NCBI GenBank assembly: GCA_964644695.1
Contig: CAZXWN010000003.1
Coordinates: forward strand, 1-64,000
Direction of reading: 5' to 3'
DNA: 64,000 nt
Source of the DNA: an uncultured bacterium
Lineage (GTDB): Bacteria > UBP4 > UBA4092
Of the stretch, positions 50,606 to 58,678 are shown piece by piece (within the stretch, counting starts at the first letter, position 1; each line of letters starts with the position of its first letter). A model generated the notes under the pieces. It worked only from the letters and a program-made list of their open reading frames with translations. It ran no database searches and had not been told where the DNA came from. A program made the translations under genes and the position numbers.

Positions 50606-51105
50606 TTTTTCTCAGCCGGAGGTGTATTGGATGGCGTGTTAATGTAGTGGGGTGCACTGGCGGCACGGCGTTCCATGACCTCTATTACATGTTCCTTGAG
50701 GTGTTGGTGTTCCTGTTCCAATACTTGTTTCCGGATTTCAAATTCTTCGTCCTGGATTTGTTTTCGGTATTGGAGTCTTTCCAACCAGCGAGCAATGATA
50801 AATCCCAGTAATAAACAACCGAGGCAGGCGACCAGGAAGATTCGGACTTCACCGGGATATTCTTTGATTCGTTCCCAGCCCTGAACAGCGGTAACCAGGA
50901 CAAATAGAACCATAATCAATATCAGAAAGACCGTTAAAGTCCAAACCCGATTTTTTCGATCCAGCCGTTCTCTGTATTTTCTCTGGTCACGACTCAGCCG
51001 GTTCAATTCTTCCTCATACTCCCGTAATTTGACATATAAGTCATGGGGGATGCTTTGGTGGTTATCGTGTGAAGAGTTGTTTGGATTGTTTATCGGATCT
51101 GTCAT
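50602..51105 (-). CDS. Hypothetical two-TM protein with coiled-coil flanks
   Basis: ORF coupled (ATGA overlap) to the downstream gene. Confidence 0.6.
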   Translation of the reverse strand: MTDPINNPNNSSHDNHQSIPHDLYVKLREYEEELNRLSRDQRKYRERLDRKNRVWTLTVFLILIMVLFVLVTAVQGWERIKEYPGEVRIFLVACLGCLLLGFIIARWLERLQYRKQIQDEEFEIRKQVLEQEHQHLKEHVIEVMERRAASAPHYINTPSNTPPAEKK

Positions 51106-51333
51106 AAGGTTTATCCCGTTATTTTGGATTATAACACAGGCAATATTTGGCTTTCGGTCAACAACCATCATTGATTGCCGGCCGATTAGACGGATTCTGC
51201 TTTATTCTTTTTCTGGTATTATTATGTACTTTCAAGGAGTGCTCTTCGTTTACAAGTGATGAAAATATCCTGTGGACGAAATGGGTCTGTTACGGGGATA
51301 TTTCCCCGGAAGTGGTAAAATAATATAAGAATC

Positions 51334-51969
51334 ATGCGAATCAATGAAATCTATCTTTCTCTCCAAGGTGAATCCACCTATTCAGGGTTGCCCTGTGTCA
51401 TGATACGGACCACGGGCTGCAATCTGCGTTGCAGCTATTGTGATTCGGCATTTTCTTTTACGGAAGCCCGTGATATGAGTCTTCCGGAGATTTTGAAGGC
51501 TGTCGATGCGTTTCATGTTCCTCTGGTGGAATTGACCGGGGGAGAACCGTTGTTACAGACAGAATCCCTGGAGTTATTAAAGACTCTTTGTGACCGGAAT
51601 TATACAGTCTTACTGGAAACATCCGGAAGTCTGGATATTTCCAAAATCGACCCCCGCGTCATTATTGTGATGGATTTGAAGTGTCCCTCCTCAGGGGAGA
51701 TGGAATCCATGTTATGGGAAAACATCAATGCTTTACGGTCGAAAGACGAAGTGAAGTTTGTGGTGGGTGATGAACGGGATTTCTACTGGGCTTTGAATGT
51801 TGTTCGGAAACACCGTTTGGATACCAAATGTACGGTTTTATATTCCTGTGTATTTGAGACCCTTCAACCCAGTTTACTGGCAGAATGGATTCTTAAGGAA
51901 CGGGCTCCGGGTCGAATGCAGCTCCAGCAGCACAAATATATCTGGGACCCCCATAAACGAAAAGTATAA
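51334..51969 (+). CDS. queE: 7-carboxy-7-deazaguanine synthase-like radical SAM protein
   Basis: EIYLSLQGE, GCNLRCSYCD, LTGGEPL, ETSG, QQHKYIW. Confidence 0.85.
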   Translation: MRINEIYLSLQGESTYSGLPCVMIRTTGCNLRCSYCDSAFSFTEARDMSLPEILKAVDAFHVPLVELTGGEPLLQTESLELLKTLCDRNYTVLLETSGSLDISKIDPRVIIVMDLKCPSSGEMESMLWENINALRSKDEVKFVVGDERDFYWALNVVRKHRLDTKCTVLYSCVFETLQPSLLAEWILKERAPGRMQLQQHKYIWDPHKRKV

Positions 51970-52041
51970 TCAGGGTCATAGGTCCTGTAAGCTTGTCTAT
52001 TTCTTGCTTTCCCTCTCAATTTTTCCTGTCGTATTTTTATT

Positions 52042-52244
52042 AGACCCATAGGTCCTATAAGTCTCATGGGTCCTATAGGTCCTATGAACCCATCCGTTCC
52101 TGCTCTGCATTTGGCTTTGTTCTTAAGCTCCCCGCCTTATCAAGGAGGGGTGGCGGTCCTCAGCCGGGGTGGTTAGTTCTTCCCCATCTTTCCCATCCCA
52201 TTCCTATCGGACCCATGGGACCTATAAGACCTATTGGACTTATT
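52042..52244. repeat. Inverted arrays of 9-bp units flanking a GC-rich hairpin
   Basis: GGTCCTATA-type units at 52042-52086 and GGACCTATA-type units at 52209-52244; hairpin ccccgcctt...aaggagggg at 52130-52150. Confidence 0.7.
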
Positions 52245-52305
52245 ACGCCGTCCATCAATGGGGAGCTTTGAATTAAAGAGTGTTTGGATTCGTAAAATCA
52301 AACTA

Positions 52306-52689
52306 TTAATCTTTATGTTTTTTTAATTTCTTTTCTGCCTTAAGCACTTTTTCGTATTGATCAATTTTGCAGTTCAATCGATCCAATGTTTTCTTCATAT
52401 CCTCAATTTTCTCCAACAGAATCCCCCGCTGCTCAACCAATAATTCTCTTCTAGCTTTAACGGTTCTATCTCCTTGTTGAAATAAGGCAACATACTCAAT
52501 GAGGATTTCAATCGGAAGTCCGGCACTCCTCATACATTTAATAAACTCAACCCATCGACAATCCTCTTCGGTGTAGTTTCGAATACCACTTTTATTTCGA
52601 GTTACACTTCGAATCAGTCCAATCCGTTCATAGTATCTCAGGGTATCTGTGGAAATATCATATTTTTTACTAACTTCTGTGATAGTCAT
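52306..52689 (-). CDS. MerR family transcriptional regulator (AdhR/NmlR-like)
   Basis: DTLRYYERIGLI, R..SGIRNY, FIKCMR (conserved Cys). Confidence 0.93.
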   Translation of the reverse strand: MTITEVSKKYDISTDTLRYYERIGLIRSVTRNKSGIRNYTEEDCRWVEFIKCMRSAGLPIEILIEYVALFQQGDRTVKARRELLVEQRGILLEKIEDMKKTLDRLNCKIDQYEKVLKAEKKLKKHKD

Positions 52690-52702
52690 TTGTCTAACAC
52701 CT

Positions 52703-53332
52703 TTATCGGATGAAATTGGTGAATGTTTTGGGTTCTTTTTCCGGGAATTTAACCCCGGCTTTCATTCCAGCCTCTTTACATTTTAAGAACCATGCCATAT
52801 TTCTTCCCAGGGTACGCATGATTTGCATGCCTTCTAAATCATTTTTTACATCTTCAGGCTTTATGCCGTGAACCATATTCCAATACTGTGATGAAATAAC
52901 AGGCATTTGTGAGATAGAGAAGTATTTATTGAGCTGGTCAAAAGTTGCCGTGGTTCCTCCCCTTCGAGCAGAAACAATAGCGGCTGCCGGTTTTAGACAA
53001 AACGATTGCGTGGAGCCCAAGTCAGTATAGAAGACCCTATCCATGAACGAAGTGATGGCTCCTCCGGCGGAAGCAAAATGTACCGGTGAACCAAATATGA
53101 ATCCATCGGCCTCTTTTGCCATATCAAGAAACTCATTGACACAATCAGATATTCCACAACGCCCGGTTTTTCGGCAATTACCGCAGGCGATACATCCCGA
53201 TATGGGTTGAGTTCCAATATGGAAGATTTCAGTATCAATCCCTTCGGCGTTCAGTGTGTTAGCCACTTCCCCCAACGCGGTATAGGTACACCCATTTTTA
53301 TGCGGACTTCCATTTACTAATAATACTTTCAT
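52703..53332 (-). CDS. Iron-sulfur flavoprotein / flavodoxin family protein
   Basis: NGSPHKNGCT, CIACGNC...C, GSPVHF. Confidence 0.88.
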   Translation of the reverse strand: MKVLLVNGSPHKNGCTYTALGEVANTLNAEGIDTEIFHIGTQPISGCIACGNCRKTGRCGISDCVNEFLDMAKEADGFIFGSPVHFASAGGAITSFMDRVFYTDLGSTQSFCLKPAAAIVSARRGGTTATFDQLNKYFSISQMPVISSQYWNMVHGIKPEDVKNDLEGMQIMRTLGRNMAWFLKCKEAGMKAGVKFPEKEPKTFTNFIR

Positions 53333-53351
53333 ACATATCTCCTGTGTGGGC

Positions 53352-53891
53352 TTATATCATTTTTCCTGTTTCATAGGCTTGTTTCATTGCTTTACTTTCT
53401 TTGATGTCCCCCAGATTCCAGGCCCCGGTACCATAAATGATTCCCTTTTCTTTTGCACCATTCAGGCAGAAGGTAAATCCTCTAAATCCTTCAATCGTTT
53501 TTTCCATTTCTTCTTTTCTACTGTCTGCGGCGGTCACAATAAAATAGAACTCTTTATTGTTGATGGAAGTGTATCGAGCACAGGTCCTGTCGATAAAAGT
53601 TTTCATCTGGCCACACATGGTATAAAAATAAACAGGGGTTGCCATGACAATGACATCGGCGGCAATCATTTTCTCCAGGATTTCAGCCATATCATCTTTC
53701 TGGGAACAGGCATCTTTCTTCCTAATACAGGCACCACACCCAGAACAATAATTGATTTTCTTTTCTCTTAATAAAATCTTTTCTGTCTGATGTCCGACCT
53801 CTTGCGCTCCTTTGATTAGCTCATCGCACAGAAGATCGGAATTCCCTTTTACTCGGGGAGTAGAGGATATAACCAGTATGTTTTTCTTCAT
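53352..53891 (-). CDS. Iron-sulfur flavoprotein / flavodoxin family protein
   Basis: STPRVKGNS, CSGCGAC...C..KDDM, ATPVYFY. Confidence 0.88.
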   Translation of the reverse strand: MKKNILVISSTPRVKGNSDLLCDELIKGAQEVGHQTEKILLREKKINYCSGCGACIRKKDACSQKDDMAEILEKMIAADVIVMATPVYFYTMCGQMKTFIDRTCARYTSINNKEFYFIVTAADSRKEEMEKTIEGFRGFTFCLNGAKEKGIIYGTGAWNLGDIKESKAMKQAYETGKMI

Positions 53892-53950
53892 TTTAGAATG
53901 AACCTTTCTTAATATGTACCTAATTTTGGCGTTTGCAGTAGATGGGAAAA

Positions 53951-55093
53951 CTATTTTTTTGTTGGAAAAGCAGGTGTTACATCGAAGGTTTTGGAAACAT
54001 CCTTCAGTAGTTCGGGAATATTTAAATGTTGTGGGCAGGTGCTTTCACACTGTTTACAGTTGATACAGTCGCTGGCTCTTCCATGATTGGCGGCCAGGTT
54101 TATATAGTAAACAAATTGGCTGGATATATTTGTTGTCACTGCACGTTTCGCACTGTTATAAAGGGCAAAGTAATCCGGAATGGCGATACTCTGAGGGCAG
54201 TCTTTCTCACAATATCTGCAGGTCGTACAGGGGATGGCCGTATTTTCGTTAATAATCTCGACGACCTGATCAATGACTTTATATTCTTCTTTACTTAACG
54301 GTTTGAAGTTTGCCATGTAGGATGCATTATCAAGCATCTGTTCCAGGGTGTTCATACCGCTGAGCACCATTATCACGCCTTCCTGGCTGGCGGCAAACCG
54401 AATAGCCCAGGACGGGACAGAAGACTCTGGATTACAGTCTTTCATTAATTGTTCTGCTTTTTCTGGGACGATGGACAGATTGCCACCTTTACAAGGTTCC
54501 ATCACAATAATGGGTTTTCCGTGTTTTCTGGCTACATCGTGACATCGTCTGGATTGGATTCCGGGGTTGTCCCAATCAATGTAATTAATTTGCAGTTGCA
54601 CAAAGTCTAACTCTGGATGTTCAGTTAGAATCTTGTCTAATAGCTCTGGTGTGTCATGAAAAGAGATGCCGAAATTCTTGATTTTACCTTCCCTCTTCTT
54701 TTGCAGACCAAAACTGAAACTGTCAAACTGACAGGCCTTTTTATAGGTATTTACGCCCAGGTTATGCAACAGATATGAGTCAAAATAATCAACGCCACAA
54801 TTTGTAAGTTGTTCATTGAAAAATCGTTCCATATCCTCCTTCGCTTGTAAATCTCTCATGGGCATTTTGGTTGCCAGTTTAAACGTGTCTCTTGGATGTC
54901 TCTTTACAAGAGATTCTCTAACTGCTTCTTCAGACCGGTACCCATGATACACATAAGCGGTATCAAAGTAAGTAAAGCCTTTTTCTAAGAAGATATCTAC
55001 GAGTTTATTTAGAGTATTTTTATCAAATGAGGTTTGATCGTCCTTGTCCAGAAGCGGTAACCTCATACATCCAAAACCAAGCATTTTATCCAT
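53951..55093 (-). CDS. Aldo/keto reductase with C-terminal 4Fe-4S dicluster
   Basis: LGFGCMRLP, YFDTAYVY, ATK, YLLH; CTTCRYC...CP and CINCKQC...CPQ. Confidence 0.92.
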   Translation of the reverse strand: MDKMLGFGCMRLPLLDKDDQTSFDKNTLNKLVDIFLEKGFTYFDTAYVYHGYRSEEAVRESLVKRHPRDTFKLATKMPMRDLQAKEDMERFFNEQLTNCGVDYFDSYLLHNLGVNTYKKACQFDSFSFGLQKKREGKIKNFGISFHDTPELLDKILTEHPELDFVQLQINYIDWDNPGIQSRRCHDVARKHGKPIIVMEPCKGGNLSIVPEKAEQLMKDCNPESSVPSWAIRFAASQEGVIMVLSGMNTLEQMLDNASYMANFKPLSKEEYKVIDQVVEIINENTAIPCTTCRYCEKDCPQSIAIPDYFALYNSAKRAVTTNISSQFVYYINLAANHGRASDCINCKQCESTCPQHLNIPELLKDVSKTFDVTPAFPTKK

Positions 55094-55103
55094 TATGTCT
55101 CCG

Positions 55104-55163
55104 TTATTTCAGTTTGTTCTATTCTTCGTCTGTCACAGATTCCAGCCATTGTGGGAAGAACAT
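55104..55163 (-). pseudogene. Relic resembling the C-terminus of a cupin-domain gene
   Basis: Reads MFFPQWLESVTDEE*NKLK*, similar to the WLEPVTDEEY(NKL) tail I recall for cupins in such cassettes. Confidence 0.45.
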
Positions 55164-55191
55164 GCTTTTATATTATTTTTATGATGATTTC

Positions 55192-55222
55192 AGTATAAAG
55201 CTTGGAGTGAACTCCAAGTCAA
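55192..55222 (-). promoter_or_regulatory. MerR-type promoter/operator
   Basis: TTGACT-N19-TATACT on the minus strand with dyad CTTGGAGT-GA-ACTCCAAG (55201-55218). Confidence 0.88.
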
Positions 55223-55297
55223 GGGTTTATTTAAGGTTACTGAAAATTTTCATAAAGTCCCGTGAGAAATACCGGGTTTCTGGTAAACTAAACAACT

Positions 55298-55960
55298 ATG
55301 CCCTATCTTATGAATCAATCACCCCGGTGGATAGATTTTTCAGGATTACCGGAGGAATTAAATACAAAGGCCGGCCCTCATGGCTGGGCCACCTTTAAAC
55401 GGTTATTGGAACTTGATTGTCTCCAAAATCCAGAATCTCCCGATATTATCCGGGAACCCGTAGATAAATTAGCCCAAAGTCTGGGACTCCCTTCGGTTCT
55501 GGTTCGTCAGGTATTGGAATCATTAATTGATTTGGCTCTGGTAAAAGCCTACCTTCCCACCCAGGATATTGAAGAGGCCTTGTTCCAGATTCGGACCCCA
55601 TTACCGACTCCCATCTCCTGGAAAGATATTCCCATAGATGATGGGGGACAACTGGGGGCTGATTCTCCCCTGCGGCTCCGATATACACAAGTGGTAGATG
55701 AGAATATGGAAGAAACCCCTAAAATCCGTCAAATCCTTCATTGGTACACCGAATTATGCGGGTTGAAATTGAATACCCAAATCACAGAAGATTTAATGGA
55801 AATTGAAAAACAATTTGAATTAGAAGAGATCCGAAACGCCTTTGAAACCGCCAAACGGAATAAAAGACGGTCCCTGCGGTCTGTTTTTAAGATACTATAT
55901 GAGGTAAAAGATACCCCAAAACCGGGGACATCCAACGCCATCCCGGATAAGGGAGAATAA
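55298..55960 (+). CDS. DnaD/DnaB_2-domain replication protein with N-terminal HTH
   Basis: C-terminal pattern EEIRNAFETA..NK.RSL..V.KIL; N-terminal wHTH-like region; adjacent to the loader ATPase. Confidence 0.55.
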   Translation: MPYLMNQSPRWIDFSGLPEELNTKAGPHGWATFKRLLELDCLQNPESPDIIREPVDKLAQSLGLPSVLVRQVLESLIDLALVKAYLPTQDIEEALFQIRTPLPTPISWKDIPIDDGGQLGADSPLRLRYTQVVDENMEETPKIRQILHWYTELCGLKLNTQITEDLMEIEKQFELEEIRNAFETAKRNKRRSLRSVFKILYEVKDTPKPGTSNAIPDKGE

Positions 55961-55964
55961 TGGT

Positions 55965-56672
55965 ATGACAGATACCCGTGAAACAATAACACCCTCTCTA
56001 GGTCAACCTTATGGATGTGAACTGTGTGACGGTTATGGGAACTTGATTACTCCTCAGGGAGTTAAAGATTGTTCCTGTAAAATCCGCGCATTAGTGAAAC
56101 ATCGGTTAACGGAAGCCCGGATTCCACTCATTTATACCGATAAAACCCTGGATAATTTTGACCCTAAGACCGCAGAATTGAAAAAAACACTGGTTCTTGC
56201 CCGTCAATATGTGGAGGCCTATCGTCCAGACCTGCGAGGTTTGGTGTTCATGGGGGAATGTGGAACAGGTAAAACCCATTTGGCGGTCTCTATCCTGAGG
56301 GAACTTATCTACAAGGGATACAGTGGATTATATTACAATGTGATTAACCTGTTAGATGACCTCCGAGCCAGTTATGATGCGCCTCCGGGTACCCGATGGC
56401 CGATTTTGGACCGGGTTCGAGATACAGATATATTGGTATTAGATGACTTAGGAGCCGAGAAGACTTCTGGATGGGTGAATGACCGGCTTTATGCTATCAT
56501 CAATCATAGATACGAGAATAAAAAGACCTTGATAGTTACCACAAATCGCTCGAATATCGAACTGCGCGATCAGGTGGGAAACCGGATATCATCCCGGCTG
56601 GCGGAGATGTGTAAAACCGTGACCGTTATTGGCCGAGATTACCGGGAGTTGATGATGAGAGGCAAATTTTAG
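55965..56672 (+). CDS. DnaC/DnaI/IstB-like AAA+ ATPase (helicase-loader type)
   Basis: CELC...CSC Zn motif, GECGTGKT Walker A, ILVLDDLG Walker B, IINHRY, VTTN, SRL.EM. Confidence 0.85.
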   Translation: MTDTRETITPSLGQPYGCELCDGYGNLITPQGVKDCSCKIRALVKHRLTEARIPLIYTDKTLDNFDPKTAELKKTLVLARQYVEAYRPDLRGLVFMGECGTGKTHLAVSILRELIYKGYSGLYYNVINLLDDLRASYDAPPGTRWPILDRVRDTDILVLDDLGAEKTSGWVNDRLYAIINHRYENKKTLIVTTNRSNIELRDQVGNRISSRLAEMCKTVTVIGRDYRELMMRGKF

Positions 56673-56695
56673 ATTCACCAGGAGGGTGCGAGGCC

Positions 56696-56920
56696 ATGAA
56701 GAACAGCCCAAAATCCGGGTCAAAAAACCCGGCCAAGCTCCCAGTTGAAGGCCGTAAGGTCGAAACCCTGAGCAATGTGTCTGCCCGACATCGTTATTAT
56801 TCATATCGAGTTCGGCAACAAATTGTAAATGGGGAATTGCATTTTGAAATTGAGAGAGAATACCGGGAAGAGCCGTCCATTCCGGACCGGACCCGGAGCA
56901 AGACAATAGAAAAAGACTGA
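56696..56920 (+). CDS. Small basic hypothetical protein
   Basis: Good RBS (GGAGG/GAGG), co-oriented between the loader ATPase and glnB. Confidence 0.5.
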   Translation: MKNSPKSGSKNPAKLPVEGRKVETLSNVSARHRYYSYRVRQQIVNGELHFEIEREYREEPSIPDRTRSKTIEKD

Positions 56921-56951
56921 ACCCGCCTTCCGGCAGGTCAGGAAAATATAG

Positions 56952-57314
<363 letters not shown>

Positions 57315-57341
57315 TCCTGTTTTACCAATTAACTGAAAATT

Positions 57342-57387
57342 AAAACTCCCGCAACAGATGTTCATCCGTTGCGGGAGTTGTTTTTTT
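57342..57387. terminator. Bidirectional intrinsic terminator
   Basis: aactcccgcaac...gttgcgggagtt stem with T/A tails. Confidence 0.75.
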
Positions 57388-57405
57388 GCAGTTTTCCGAA
57401 GGAAT

Positions 57406-58266
57406 TTAGTTTCGGATAGGCGCGGGTGGAGGAGGATTGAAATTCTTGACGGGTTTTTCCTCCAGTTTAGGCTCTTCAGATTTCCATTCCATGAAATCTT
57501 TTTCTTTAATATCTTTGGGATCAACAGCTCGAATTCCGGCTTTCCCTTCAGTGGAATTAACTCTTATATCAAATGTTTTTCGGGTTCCACTTTTTTTATT
57601 ATAGAATCCACCGTCTCTCCAGTTGTTATTTCTCTTATCCCAGAAAGGTTCAAACCAATTCCAGTCGGAGTAATCTTGTCCAATCCATACCCACCGACCA
57701 CTTCTCCATCTCTTATCAAACTTGCTCCAATAACCTTGTTCCCAGGCATAAGGACCCCAGGGTTTTCGCATTTCTTTCCATCCTTCAGGAATCCAAATCC
57801 AGATCCAACCCCGAGACAGTTTCCACGGACCTCGATCACGGCTGATTTTTTGACCAATTCGGAATCCACGGTCCCATTGAATTTCCCGATACCGTCCATA
57901 ACGGGAATCCCATTGGCCTAGTTCATAGTGATAACCAAATGTCTGTCTGGGTTCGCGGGTGAGATCCCAGTATCCTTCAAACCAAACCCATACATGCCCG
58001 CGTTTAGGCTCCCGTCGGGGATAATTCTTGTAACTCTGCCGTTCATTATCTCGATAGTCATCCCGGTAGTCGTATTCTTTTTCATCGGAGTATTTGTACT
58101 CGTCCCGATAATCATTTCGGTAGTCATCGCGACTTCCCATACGGGTCACTTCTGTTTGGGTGTTGGGCGAAGGTTTGACCTGAGCCATGGTATTGCTTGT
58201 CCATATCAGACTGGCTAATGCAACCATCATCCCAAGTCTTAACCACCCCATAGAACTACTTTTCAT
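57406..58266 (-). CDS. Secreted Trp-rich repeat (YXWGXW/WXXGXW-like) protein
   Basis: AGGAGG RBS, signal peptide, D/Y/R-rich repeats, then WVWFEGYW, YHYELGQW, WIWIPEGW, YAWEQGYW, WRSGRW. Confidence 0.65.
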   Translation of the reverse strand: MKSSSMGWLRLGMMVALASLIWTSNTMAQVKPSPNTQTEVTRMGSRDDYRNDYRDEYKYSDEKEYDYRDDYRDNERQSYKNYPRREPKRGHVWVWFEGYWDLTREPRQTFGYHYELGQWDSRYGRYREIQWDRGFRIGQKISRDRGPWKLSRGWIWIWIPEGWKEMRKPWGPYAWEQGYWSKFDKRWRSGRWVWIGQDYSDWNWFEPFWDKRNNNWRDGGFYNKKSGTRKTFDIRVNSTEGKAGIRAVDPKDIKEKDFMEWKSEEPKLEEKPVKNFNPPPPAPIRN

Positions 58267-58678
58267 AATACTGTCCTCCTTAGATATTTTATTGACCTCT
58301 ATATACATCCTATAACATAAAACGGTCGAAAAAGTTGACAGGTTCCCCGAAAGTTGGATCTGTAGCGGGTATAGCTGTAAACTTTTGATGCGTAATGGAT
58401 TATCCAAATGAGTAGATATTCAGCCAGGGAACCATGTATTCCTGAGGATGCACATTCAGAAAAGAGCCGGGCATATTATGTGTCCACGCAGGGGACTATC
58501 AGGTGGACACCCAAGAATATAGAACCAGGGTATATTTTTATGAAGAACACGATTAAGTGTATGAAACACCATGTTCAAGCAGATTAAAGCCTTTTTTCAC
58601 AATAAAAATGGTTGGCAATTTATAGAAAATGTCCTACAATTTGGAGACAAAATTAGATTCTGTATGAGGGATGAGAGT

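Noticed and set aside
55965-56672. IS21 element (IstB)
   Set aside because: No IstA transposase or terminal inverted repeats; the upstream gene is DnaD-like.
57358-57921. 187-aa plus-strand ORF and other antisense ORFs in the track
   Set aside because: They lie opposite well-supported genes and have no motifs or RBS.
58440-58520. Hairpin gtgtccac...gtggacac as an ncRNA
   Set aside because: A single short stem with no family resemblance.
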